From: Escherichia phage vB_vPM_PD06
Reading direction: 5' to 3' (one strand)
Length of the DNA: 64,000 bases
Sequence record: NC_052653.1
Made by a program: the position numbers and the translations under genes. How positions within the stretch are numbered: the stretch's first letter is position 1; the number at the start of each line of letters is the position of its first letter. The notes beneath the pieces were generated by a model. It saw only the letters and a list, made by a program, of their open reading frames with translations. It was not told where the DNA came from and did not search any database. Below are positions 37,511-46,460 of the stretch, piece after piece.

Positions 37511-37804
37511 GTTAGTATAGAGCATGTATGTTAGTATTATAGATATAACATAGTGCTATATGTAGACTACTCAGTTGTCTGTTAGATCATGTATCACAAG
37601 ATTAGATAACACCCCCTCGCTGCGCTCGGCGTTTTTCGGGGGTTAGGGTAGCATACTTTTTTGCGTTTGTCAACACCTTTTTGGATTATTTTTAAGTACA
37701 ACCTGAACCTCCTAAAAACGATTGTAACGAGTTTTACTGTGAGGTAAGGTGATTGCATATCTTAGAGGCTATTAGCTCGTTACAGAGCCATACAGGAGGG
37801 AATA

Positions 37805-38173
37805 ATGAGGGTCACACGTTACGTTAGAAGTGAAACAATAGATGGAGGCATAATGTATGCTTTCTACGATGATAAAACTTTTTGTTCTGCATTCTATGAA
37901 GAAGACTTGTCTACGGAATGGCAACAAATCATCTTCTTACTTGACATTTTGAAAAGAAGAGATAACTTTGAAGGTATTGAGTGGACAGTGGGAGGCAAAG
38001 TTATCGTTGCAGGTTTAAGCAAACATGAGTTGCTTGACTTAGACTGTAAACTTTGTAATTATCAATTCTCAAAACGTTTACCATTAGAAAGACAGTTAGG
38101 AGTTGAGATTCATGTTGACTTGGGCGATGGAGTATCCTATACTCTCAACAATCATAGTGCTGACGTTAATTAG
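37805..38173 (+). CDS. hypothetical early protein
   Basis: 122 aa ORF, first gene of plus-strand block. Confidence 0.4.
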   Translation: MRVTRYVRSETIDGGIMYAFYDDKTFCSAFYEEDLSTEWQQIIFLLDILKRRDNFEGIEWTVGGKVIVAGLSKHELLDLDCKLCNYQFSKRLPLERQLGVEIHVDLGDGVSYTLNNHSADVN

Positions 38174-38239
38174 TGGGATCACAAAGTGCGTAACAAGCAT
38201 TTGCGATTGTTTAACACATTTTAAACAAAGGAAAAATAA

Positions 38240-38437
38240 ATGAATCAAACTATGCAAACAATCTATAGAGTAATCCTTGGTGAGTTCCATGTTGTTAAGT
38301 CAACATTGAATTATGAAGAAGCTAAAGAGAATTTCTTGCTATGGGTTGAAGCATTCTCTGAAGTTGAAAAGGTAAGTTACAATTGTGTAACTTTAACTGC
38401 TGATCACGTACCTGTATTGGAGTTTATTAAGAAATGA
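38240..38437 (+). CDS. hypothetical protein
   Basis: 65 aa ORF with upstream AAGGAAAAA. Confidence 0.35.
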   Translation: MNQTMQTIYRVILGEFHVVKSTLNYEEAKENFLLWVEAFSEVEKVSYNCVTLTADHVPVLEFIKK

Positions 38438-38673
38438 AAAAAGAAATTTTAACTGATGTAACATATTCTTGTATTAGCAAAGGCGGTTTATATCGTGTAG
38501 TTGGCTTTCCTAAACCAGCGGGTGTATCTAAAGTATTTGATCCTGTTGTGATCTACGAAGATGTAAGGACTGGTCAACAGTATTGGCGATTCCAGCAAGA
38601 TTTCTTACACCGCATGGAGGTTGTTGATGGCGAAAACACCGAAGAAGCGATCCGTAACAAAGCGCGCATCTAA
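38434..38673 (+). CDS. hypothetical protein
   Basis: 79 aa ORF; start overlaps previous stop. Confidence 0.35.
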   Translation: MKKEILTDVTYSCISKGGLYRVVGFPKPAGVSKVFDPVVIYEDVRTGQQYWRFQQDFLHRMEVVDGENTEEAIRNKARI

Positions 38674-38962
38674 AGATGGGGCGGCAAAAGCCGCTCCTAA
38701 GAAACAAAAATTTGACACAGAGGCTTTTGTCTTTGATACTCCAATAGAAAAGATAGAAGAAGCTCTTGCTAAATTTGAAGAACGGGATGCAGATCCTATG
38801 GCAGATCCTTTCACAGAAGATGAATTGTACTGGTTTGGCTGGTGGGTTTTGAATCTACCAGAAGCTAAAAAACGAGGAATGAAGTCAGTTCCTATTTGCG
38901 CAAAAGAATCGGCTGTGTTAGGTTTATACGAGAAGCCTAAAAGAAGGAGCAAAAAGAAATGA
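38627..38962 (+). CDS. hypothetical Lys-rich protein
   Basis: ATG at 38627 with GGAGG upstream; basic N- and C-termini, acidic middle. Confidence 0.35.
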   Translation: MAKTPKKRSVTKRASKDGAAKAAPKKQKFDTEAFVFDTPIEKIEEALAKFEERDADPMADPFTEDELYWFGWWVLNLPEAKKRGMKSVPICAKESAVLGLYEKPKRRSKKK

Positions 38963-39237
38963 GAAAAACTTATCTGAAGTGTTTGTCTGTTGTGCAAAAT
39001 GAATGGTATTCAGGTTTGCTGACAGCAGGTAAGAAATATGAAGTGCTCAATAAACCAGGGGCAAGATTTTCATTAATTAAGAACGACAAAGGCACTGAAA
39101 TGCTTATTTCAGTTGCAGATTCTATGTATGGTACTTTTGAGTTGGTCTATGAATATGTACCAATTATTCTTGAATACAGCGGTACAAACAAACCTTACAC
39201 AGCTTTAGATGTGATCAACAACAAAAGGAATAAGTAA
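38959..39237 (+). CDS. hypothetical protein
   Basis: 92 aa ORF. Confidence 0.35.
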   Translation: MRKTYLKCLSVVQNEWYSGLLTAGKKYEVLNKPGARFSLIKNDKGTEMLISVADSMYGTFELVYEYVPIILEYSGTNKPYTALDVINNKRNK

Positions 39238-39428
39238 TGTTCCTTATTTATTCAGGTAAAGCCAAATACATGCAAGGTGTGAAGCGTGTAAAAGTAGTAG
39301 ATACTGTAACTATAGGAAAATCCTTTATTCTTTATTTGTTTTATATCAATGGAGAAAGATTTGCTGTTTCTAAGAAGTTGGTAGATAATGGTAAAACTTG
39401 GAAAGAAGAGAAACAGGAAGGGGGTTGA
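39237..39428 (+). CDS. hypothetical protein
   Basis: 63 aa ORF. Confidence 0.3.
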   Translation: MFLIYSGKAKYMQGVKRVKVVDTVTIGKSFILYLFYINGERFAVSKKLVDNGKTWKEEKQEGG

Positions 39429-39430
39429 TA

Positions 39431-39772
39431 GTGGCTAAAATTCTTTGGTTAGACGATTTAAGAGATCCTAAAGATTATGGTTATGAGGATGCCATTTGGT
39501 TAAAATCTTTTGAGGATTGGTTATCTTTTGTTTCAGATGAAGATAATTTCAATAATATCTCAGAGATACACTTCGATAATGATCTTGGAGAAGATCAAGA
39601 AGGATATCATGCGTTCTTAGACGTAGAATGTATGTTGTACGCGGGTGAATGGGATGCTCTTAAAACTATCTATGTTCATACATCAAATCCTTCTGCTGCT
39701 GGTAAATATATGTTAGCCAAGGAAAATTTTATTTCATCCTATGGTGTTGAAATTAAACGTGTTAACTATTAA
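39431..39772 (+). CDS. hypothetical protein
   Basis: GTG start with GGAAGGGGG upstream; 113 aa. Confidence 0.35.
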   Translation: MAKILWLDDLRDPKDYGYEDAIWLKSFEDWLSFVSDEDNFNNISEIHFDNDLGEDQEGYHAFLDVECMLYAGEWDALKTIYVHTSNPSAAGKYMLAKENFISSYGVEIKRVNY

Positions 39773-39781
39773 GGAGGTGTT

Positions 39782-39928
39782 ATGCTTTATGTTATTTGGG
39801 TAGATGAAGGGGATGGGTTTTATATATACAAACACACTAACCATTGGCCCGATGTAGAAAAAGCACTTGCAACTTTTGAAGATTGCTTTTACGATATACA
39901 TACAGACGAAGAGTATGTAGAAAATTGA
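39782..39928 (+). CDS. small hypothetical protein (48 aa)
   Basis: ATG with AAGGAGG RBS; below ORF-track cutoff. Confidence 0.35.
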   Translation: MLYVIWVDEGDGFYIYKHTNHWPDVEKALATFEDCFYDIHTDEEYVEN

Positions 39929-40287
39929 TGTGCGCTACTAATCAACATGATATTTGTTACCAACCTCTTACTTGGATTGGTGAGGATCACTATGCTCAAC
40001 GTGTTATAGTCTGCGCTGCGAATAAGTATATTCTCAACAATGGCGAAGAGTTAATTATTCCTTGTGTTAGGCATGCAAATCCTGTACTATCTGCACAACT
40101 TAATGTTTTAAAAGATGCAGGATTGATCGATAAACTGTTTTGCTTACCTGATAATCAAGGGTTTATTGATCAATATTATAATTGGTGGAGTCGCAAAGAT
40201 GCTTATATCATTGCAGATAACGCCAAACAAATTAACTATGAAAGAAATGGTCACGACAGTGAACTATTCAGCGAGGGATTATACTAA
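39928..40287 (+). CDS. hypothetical protein
   Basis: ATG overlapping previous stop (TGATG); 119 aa. Confidence 0.35.
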   Translation: MCATNQHDICYQPLTWIGEDHYAQRVIVCAANKYILNNGEELIIPCVRHANPVLSAQLNVLKDAGLIDKLFCLPDNQGFIDQYYNWWSRKDAYIIADNAKQINYERNGHDSELFSEGLY

Positions 40288-40838
40288 TGTTTATTACAAG
40301 TGATTTGCATTTTATGCACAAACGTATTCGAGAGTTTGCTCCTGAATATCGCCCGTGGGAAGATATGGAGCATATGACAGAAGCACTGATTGAAGCATGG
40401 AATAAATGTGCTACGAGTCCTGGTGTCAAGATGTGGCATTTGGGCGACTTCTGTTTCGGGACTGAAGAAGATACCCGTAAAATTGCTTCACGTCTTCAAG
40501 GTGATATCACTTACTGTGTTGGGAACCATGATTACAGCAAACACCGAGAAGTGCTTGCAGAATATGGCGAGGTGGTGTATTATGACGAAGTGAAATATCA
40601 GAAACTGTTCTTCGTCTTAAGTCATTACCCTATGGCTGCTTGGAATAAACAAGGGCATGGATCAATCATGCTACACGGGCACTCTCACGGATCATTCCCT
40701 GATCATTTGTATGGGAAAATGTTGGATGTTGGTTGGGATGCACACGGAAAAATCTTGCATTTTGACGAAATCATCTCTATTATGGATAAGCGTGATATTG
40801 TTGTTGTAGACCATCATAAGATAATCAAAGGAGATTAA
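40287..40838 (+). CDS. metallophosphoesterase (calcineurin-like)
   Basis: 183 aa with GDxxxG...GNHD...GHSH metal-binding motifs. Confidence 0.6.
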   Translation: MFITSDLHFMHKRIREFAPEYRPWEDMEHMTEALIEAWNKCATSPGVKMWHLGDFCFGTEEDTRKIASRLQGDITYCVGNHDYSKHREVLAEYGEVVYYDEVKYQKLFFVLSHYPMAAWNKQGHGSIMLHGHSHGSFPDHLYGKMLDVGWDAHGKILHFDEIISIMDKRDIVVVDHHKIIKGD

Positions 40839-40839
40839 G

Positions 40840-41772
40840 GTGGCTAAGTTCAATTGTGATGACCTGATTGCAAAAGGTTTAGTGCATAAAAAAGAAGTTA
40901 AATCTGGAGAGTATGCTGGTCTTGCTGTACTTAAATACAAAAACAATGTATTCTGGGATAACTTGTGGAACGTTGACAAACGACTCCTAGATTGTCGTGG
41001 GTTGGTTGTTGACTCAGAAGACAATGTTGTTATCTGGCCTTTTACTAAAATCTTTAATCGTTTTGAGAATGGTACAGATCTTCCAGCAGACCAGCTTGTA
41101 GATGCTGTCCGTAAAGTAAACGGTTTTATGGCATCTGTAGGTGTGTACAAAGGGCAACTTATTGTATCAACAACAGGGAGCCTAGAGTCAGATTTTGCAA
41201 CTCTTGCCAAGAACCATATTGTTTCCGAGTGTGATGACATAGAATATTTCATTAAGTGGACAGAAAGTGCAAAAGCAACTTTCCTTTTTGAAATCTGTGA
41301 TCCTTCTGATCCACATATTGTCGAAGAAGAACCAGGCGCATACTTAATTGGAGCAAGAATTCAAAATCTTGATGGGACAAGTTTCATGCTACCCGAAGGT
41401 GTGCTTGATGGGATTGCATCTATTACAAAATTTAAACGTCCTGAAGTTTATCCGATGATTAAATTTTCAGATGTTGTTGAAATGTCTAAACATTGTAAGC
41501 ACGAAGGGTTTGTTGTTCGGGAAACAAACTATCCGTTTAACTTGCTGTTAAAGATTAAGTCACCATATTATCTTGCTAAGAAATTCCTTATGCGTGGTGG
41601 CAATAAGAAGTGGGATATGATTTGGGACAACCCAAAAAATGCTAAACAAATTGTTGACGAAGAATATTATACTTTGCTAGAATGGCTTCGAAACAACTTT
41701 ACTAAGACTCAATGGGCTGCTTTAGATCCACAAGAGCGACGTAAAGAAATAGAAAACTTCTTTGGAGGCTAA
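40840..41772 (+). CDS. Rnl2-like RNA ligase (nucleotidyltransferase)
   Basis: 310 aa; VDAVRKVNG resembles the T4 Rnl2 motif I region (VAREKIHG); EGFVVRE and LKIK motifs downstream. Confidence 0.5.
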   Translation: MAKFNCDDLIAKGLVHKKEVKSGEYAGLAVLKYKNNVFWDNLWNVDKRLLDCRGLVVDSEDNVVIWPFTKIFNRFENGTDLPADQLVDAVRKVNGFMASVGVYKGQLIVSTTGSLESDFATLAKNHIVSECDDIEYFIKWTESAKATFLFEICDPSDPHIVEEEPGAYLIGARIQNLDGTSFMLPEGVLDGIASITKFKRPEVYPMIKFSDVVEMSKHCKHEGFVVRETNYPFNLLLKIKSPYYLAKKFLMRGGNKKWDMIWDNPKNAKQIVDEEYYTLLEWLRNNFTKTQWAALDPQERRKEIENFFGG

Positions 41773-42177
41773 ATGAAACAACTTATCATTTTACGTGGTG
41801 TTTCAGGTGCAGGTAAATCTACAGTAGCAGAAATTATTTCTGAAGGTTATTGGCCTATCTGTGAGGCAGATCAATATCATTACACAGAAAGTGGTGTTTA
41901 CGATTGGAAGCCAGAGAATGTAGGTAAAGCACACGCATGGTGTCAGAGTATTGTTCGTGATGCTATGGTATCTAATATTAAAAAGATTATTGTCTCTAAC
42001 ACTTCAACCACAGAGAAAGAACTTAAACCTTATTTAACTCTTGCTGAAGAGTTTGGTTATCAAGTTATCTCCTTAGTTGTTGAAAATAGGCACGGTAACG
42101 ACTCAATTCATGAGGTTCCACAACATACTCGTGATCAGCAAGAGAAACGTCTTCGCAGTTCACTTAAGCTACAATAA
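41773..42177 (+). CDS. P-loop kinase (polynucleotide kinase-like)
   Basis: 134 aa; Walker A GVSGAGKST at N-terminus; directly follows the ligase. Confidence 0.5.
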   Translation: MKQLIILRGVSGAGKSTVAEIISEGYWPICEADQYHYTESGVYDWKPENVGKAHAWCQSIVRDAMVSNIKKIIVSNTSTTEKELKPYLTLAEEFGYQVISLVVENRHGNDSIHEVPQHTRDQQEKRLRSSLKLQ

Positions 42178-42186
42178 GGAGAGTGT

Positions 42187-42507
42187 ATGGAAATTTATTC
42201 TGGTGAAGGTAAGTATTTTACAGTAGTCGATAATGGTGAAATTATTATTTATCGCTACGGAAGTGAGTGGAGGAACGAGACAGGAGACGGTTATATCTTA
42301 TCTTTGCTCCGTTTGATTAATGATCTTACGGAAGAACTTGAAGAAACAAAACGTTCATATGATGATCAAGTAGATTCATTAGAAAACATTATTTCAGATC
42401 TAAATGAAGAAGTTTGTTATTTGAGTGGACAAGTTTCAGAGTTAACACTGGAATGTGAAGATTTAGGTGATGTTATTGCAGATTTAAATGAACGTCTTAA
42501 GGATTAA
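42187..42507 (+). CDS. hypothetical coiled-coil protein
   Basis: 106 aa, Glu/Leu-rich heptads. Confidence 0.35.
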   Translation: MEIYSGEGKYFTVVDNGEIIIYRYGSEWRNETGDGYILSLLRLINDLTEELEETKRSYDDQVDSLENIISDLNEEVCYLSGQVSELTLECEDLGDVIADLNERLKD

Positions 42508-42510
42508 TAT

Positions 42511-42735
42511 ATGAGTACAGCTATCTATGTTAAAGGTGTAAGCGAAGATCAACAAATGTTATTCTCATTTGGTGAGAATACTGAAATGGAAGATATGTTT
42601 AATGATATCCTTGATGCCCTTTCTTCGGAAGGGTTCACAATGATTACATACTTTATGGCAACATCTTCTGAATACGTTGATACAGATCTTGAAGACTTGA
42701 TGGAAGAGATTCAAACTCTTGTGTATAATTGGTAA
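42511..42735 (+). CDS. hypothetical acidic protein
   Basis: 74 aa ORF. Confidence 0.35.
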   Translation: MSTAIYVKGVSEDQQMLFSFGENTEMEDMFNDILDALSSEGFTMITYFMATSSEYVDTDLEDLMEEIQTLVYNW

Positions 42736-42743
42736 GGGTAACT

Positions 42744-42932
42744 ATGACATTTATTGAAGAACTAACGAGAATTGCAAACGCACCTAACAGTAGCGAAGAT
42801 CCTTACTTTATGGTGGATGATTACACTGGTGGTAATATTGATGATGCCTATGAACTAGGCAGACTACACGGTGAAATTGAAATGGCTAAATGGGTTCTTT
42901 CGCAACTGGAGGTTAAAGATGAAACAAACTAA
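42744..42932 (+). CDS. hypothetical protein
   Basis: ATG at 42744 within six-frame ORF 42729-42932. Confidence 0.3.
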   Translation: MTFIEELTRIANAPNSSEDPYFMVDDYTGGNIDDAYELGRLHGEIEMAKWVLSQLEVKDETN

Positions 42933-44034
42933 TCCTACACTATATGGTAAAACTTCTACAGGTAAAATTAAACAGTGGTCAGTCTATACCGAAGGTAGTG
43001 TTGTAACTGTTGCTCATGGTCAATTAGGTGGAAAGATTACTAGCAAATCTTATACAGCAGAACCTAAAAATATTGGTCGCTCAAATGAAACAACAGCAGA
43101 AGAACAAGCTGAAATAGAAGCTCTTGCCAAATGGACAAAGCAACTTAAGAATGGGTATTATAAAACAAAAGAGGAAGCTGAAAACCATGTTCCTTCCACA
43201 CCCATGAAATGTCAGGATTATAAAGATTATGCTGATCGTGTTTTGTTCCCAGGTTATGCACAGTATAAATTGAATGGTCTACGTTCAATGATTAACATGC
43301 AAGGTGAATGTTTATCTAAAGCTGGGGAAGTATATAAACTTCCACCTCACTGGAAAGAAATTCCAACCTTCATTAAAGAAGTAGTTGGTCATCCTCTTGA
43401 TGGTGAAGTTTTTGCTGGTTTGGGTGTTCTTAGCCTTCAGCAAATTAATAGTGCGTGGAAAAAGCATAATGCTAACACTCCGCTTCTTAAATACTATGTA
43501 TATGATGTTCCTGTGCCATCTGTACCATTTGAGAAGAGGGTTGAAGTTTTGGCTGCTCTAAAAGAAGTTGTTGAAGATAAAGGTTTAGATGAACTTATTT
43601 GTGTAGTGCATACAGAGTACATTGAAAACCAAGAGCAGTTTGATGAATTCTATGCAAAAGCTCTGCGTGAGAAAGCGGAAGGTGTGGTGTATCGTAATGC
43701 ACAAGGTGTTTACGAGTTTGATAAACGTTCTTATGATGTTATTAAACGTAAACCACGGCAGACGCTTGAAGTTAAGGTGGTAAGTGCAAAACGTGATAAA
43801 AATGGTGACGGGGTATTGACAGGCGAGATGGAAAATGGTAAAGTAGTCGAATTCCTGATGCGTAAGGATTCAGATGAAACCATTAACTATCGTAAAGCAG
43901 AAAATGCCGAAATGTTAATTGGTAAATTTGTTGAGATTGAGTATGAAGAGTTTTCCGATGGTGGAATACCTACTAAACCAACAGGTGTACGTGTACGTAA
44001 GATGATTCCAGGTACTTGGGAACCAGCAGAATAA
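42919..44034 (+). CDS. lig: ATP-dependent DNA ligase
   Basis: ATG at 42919 after GGAGG; KLNGLR adenylation motif (KxDG-type), EGVVYR motif, C-terminal OB-like region. Confidence 0.65.
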   Translation: MKQTNPTLYGKTSTGKIKQWSVYTEGSVVTVAHGQLGGKITSKSYTAEPKNIGRSNETTAEEQAEIEALAKWTKQLKNGYYKTKEEAENHVPSTPMKCQDYKDYADRVLFPGYAQYKLNGLRSMINMQGECLSKAGEVYKLPPHWKEIPTFIKEVVGHPLDGEVFAGLGVLSLQQINSAWKKHNANTPLLKYYVYDVPVPSVPFEKRVEVLAALKEVVEDKGLDELICVVHTEYIENQEQFDEFYAKALREKAEGVVYRNAQGVYEFDKRSYDVIKRKPRQTLEVKVVSAKRDKNGDGVLTGEMENGKVVEFLMRKDSDETINYRKAENAEMLIGKFVEIEYEEFSDGGIPTKPTGVRVRKMIPGTWEPAE

Positions 44035-44043
44035 GAGGTAAAT

Positions 44044-44223
44044 ATGGTATTAGCAACAGTTCTTATGATGTTAATTGCTATTGCAATTATAATGTTAGCC
44101 TCGTTTCCAGTGAACAAATGGTACTGCAATTTTTGTAGATTTGTTGTTTTCCTCTGTGCTGGGGCGTATATGGGCGAATCGGTAGTTCGCATTAGTGTTT
44201 TGTTAGAACAATATTTTAAATAA
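44044..44223 (+). CDS. small hydrophobic membrane protein (59 aa)
   Basis: ATG with AAGAGG RBS; almost entirely hydrophobic. Confidence 0.35.
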   Translation: MVLATVLMMLIAIAIIMLASFPVNKWYCNFCRFVVFLCAGAYMGESVVRISVLLEQYFK

Positions 44224-44232
44224 GGAGAAACA

Positions 44233-44955
44233 ATGATCGAGAATTTTTTCAAACAAGTAAAAGTGGACAATAGCTTCTTTATCAAAGCTGCCGATCAAAT
44301 TGTTGCTTGGAATGCTAAGGCACGTGGTGGCGTAACTCCAGAGTTTACTCAAGAGATGTTTGAAGCTCAACTTTCTTTTGTACGAGAAGAACTAAAAGAG
44401 TTCCAAGCAGCAGCACAGGAAAATGATCACGTTGAATTACTTGATGCAGCAGCAGATATTTTTGTGGTAGCATCCTATCTGGCGTTTATGTTCTTTGGTA
44501 AAGAAGGTGTTGATAAAGCTCTGGAAATGCCGACAGGAGATGTTCTGGCAGAAAACATCTACGATGTTATCATTGAATTTGATAAAATGGTAGAAAATGA
44601 CTTGCAATTTGCCCTAATGTCTCTTACACTTACACGTATGGCACGAGATACTTTGGTGCGTTCTGTTTATAACGAGAAGAAGGTTATGCGTGAAGTGTTG
44701 AATAGCAATGAGTCCAAGTATCCTACCAAGAAGCAACTCCTGGCTATTTGGGAAACTAAGGATATTGTTGAAGCTCTTGAAAAAGAGTGTGATGCTATCG
44801 AGATGAGAAGCAAAGATCGTGCAGAAGGTTCTTATACTGGAGTACATGCTGTATATAACGAAGTTCAAAAGGTATACGTATTCTTTGATGACAAAGGTAA
44901 AATTATGAAGCCATCTACCTTTGTTAAACCTAATATCGCAGCAATCATTGCTTAA
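44233..44955 (+). CDS. MazG-like all-alpha nucleotide pyrophosphohydrolase (possible dimeric dUTPase type)
   Basis: 240 aa; EELKEFQAAAQENDHVELLDAAADIFVV resembles the MazG/HisE metal-binding helix pair. Confidence 0.4.
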   Translation: MIENFFKQVKVDNSFFIKAADQIVAWNAKARGGVTPEFTQEMFEAQLSFVREELKEFQAAAQENDHVELLDAAADIFVVASYLAFMFFGKEGVDKALEMPTGDVLAENIYDVIIEFDKMVENDLQFALMSLTLTRMARDTLVRSVYNEKKVMREVLNSNESKYPTKKQLLAIWETKDIVEALEKECDAIEMRSKDRAEGSYTGVHAVYNEVQKVYVFFDDKGKIMKPSTFVKPNIAAIIA

Positions 44956-44991
44956 GAAATAAAGCCCCTTCGGGGGCTTATTGGAGGTATT

Positions 44992-45270
44992 ATGTTAACA
45001 GCAGAAGATATCTTTAAACACGGTTTGCGTCAGGTAATCAAATCCTTGAAGAATGCAGGTATTGAAGATATCACACAGGAAATTGTTGGTTTAGAAAAAG
45101 AAGGTAAGAGAACAGAATTTAAGTTTTACACAGAAGAACAGTGGTTGAGTAATCCGCAAAACAAAGCTAATGAGGCTGTTAGTCTGTTTGGTAAATCTTA
45201 TAAAGGATTTAAATATCCTGATCATATTGTCGAATATGATGGTGTAAAATATTTTGTAGTTGTTATTTGA
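44992..45270 (+). CDS. hypothetical protein
   Basis: 92 aa ORF. Confidence 0.35.
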   Translation: MLTAEDIFKHGLRQVIKSLKNAGIEDITQEIVGLEKEGKRTEFKFYTEEQWLSNPQNKANEAVSLFGKSYKGFKYPDHIVEYDGVKYFVVVI

Positions 45271-45280
45271 GGAGAAAATT

Positions 45281-46165
45281 ATGTTTGCTAAAAATTTCAA
45301 ATCTTGCGTAACCCTGATTTCTGGTGATGGTCTGTCTATTTCAGCACTGAACACAGTAACAGACAAACCGCTGGATTTTGTTGTGGCACAGGGGCAACAA
45401 GCACATACCATTGGTCTTGTTCGTTTTGAAGATGATGGTTCCTATGTAAAAGTGTTCTCTGGTTTAGAGGTTATTAAAGTAGGGCAGTCTGTTAAGAAAG
45501 TTAACAAGAAGAAAGTTAAACGCATTCTTAATGAAAAACTCCAGGAGATGGAACAAGAGTTTATTACTGCAAATCCTACTAAAGAGTTCTTCTTGGACAA
45601 AGAAAGCAAAAAAGCAATTGAGGCTGATATTGTGTTTTCTCTGCTCCCAGAAACAGAGGCAGATGATTTCTATAACTATGTTGTTGTAGACACTGAAAAC
45701 AGTATTACCTATGTTCTTAATGGTACTAAGAAAATTAGTGAAGATATTGCTGTATTTCTTCGTGAGGTGTTGGGTACTTTCCCAGTTCTGCCGTTTAGTG
45801 TACACGAAGAAGCCATTATTAAAGGTTTTGATACCATCTTAGAAGAACATGAAGCTGAACGACTGACCCTGGGTAATTATATTAAACTTGAAGATTCGGA
45901 AGGTGTGGTTGTATGGAGTAAAGAGTCCCTTTATGAATCTCGTGCAGTAGAACTTATGGAAGATGGTAAGCACGTTGTTGCCATTGGCCTGGAATATGAC
46001 GGCTTCGTTAACTTTATTGTTGATAAAGAATTTAAGTTGAGTGGTATTAAATTCCCTAAATACTTTAATGATGAAGAAGGATCTTTTGAAGCATCTGTCC
46101 TTCTGTGCTTTAACGAAATCCGTGGTATTATGCAAGACCTTATCAAGTCAACTATTCAAAAATAA
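45281..46165 (+). CDS. rdgC: recombination-associated protein RdgC-like
   Basis: ATG at 45281 with GAGGAG RBS; SLLPETEADDF and FLREVLGTFPVLPFS align with E. coli RdgC segments from memory. Confidence 0.5.
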   Translation: MFAKNFKSCVTLISGDGLSISALNTVTDKPLDFVVAQGQQAHTIGLVRFEDDGSYVKVFSGLEVIKVGQSVKKVNKKKVKRILNEKLQEMEQEFITANPTKEFFLDKESKKAIEADIVFSLLPETEADDFYNYVVVDTENSITYVLNGTKKISEDIAVFLREVLGTFPVLPFSVHEEAIIKGFDTILEEHEAERLTLGNYIKLEDSEGVVVWSKESLYESRAVELMEDGKHVVAIGLEYDGFVNFIVDKEFKLSGIKFPKYFNDEEGSFEASVLLCFNEIRGIMQDLIKSTIQK

Positions 46166-46198
46166 TACTTGACTTACTAATTTAATATGTGTTAATAT

Positions 46199-46227
46199 GC
46201 CTACCTACTTAGTTAGGTGGGCTTTTA
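46199..46227 (+). terminator. intrinsic terminator after rdgC
   Basis: GCCTACCTA-CTTAGT-TAGGTGGGC hairpin followed by TTTT. Confidence 0.45.
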
Positions 46228-46239
46228 AGGAGACACACC

Positions 46240-46452
46240 ATGAAAAAACTTCTTGTCGGTTTACTTCTAGTAATCAGTTCTTATTCTTATGCTGGTCAAA
46301 TAACTTTAATTAATTCTGGAGAACAAGTTTCTGGAAGTACAAAATACTGTTTTTACTCTAACGGTATGTACGACAAGGTTATAGAGGTTTCTGCAAGTCG
46401 TCAGTGTCCCTACACACGAACATTCTCAACAGAGAGTTCAGATGATGAATAG
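46240..46452 (+). CDS. small secreted protein
   Basis: 70 aa; N-terminal signal peptide MKKLLVGLLLVISSYSYA. Confidence 0.4.
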   Translation: MKKLLVGLLLVISSYSYAGQITLINSGEQVSGSTKYCFYSNGMYDKVIEVSASRQCPYTRTFSTESSDDE

Positions 46453-46460
46453 GAGGTAAT

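Noticed and set aside
40692-41252. 186-aa minus-strand ORF
   Set aside because: Antisense to the phosphoesterase and RNA ligase genes, which have clear motifs; Ser/Thr-rich low complexity.
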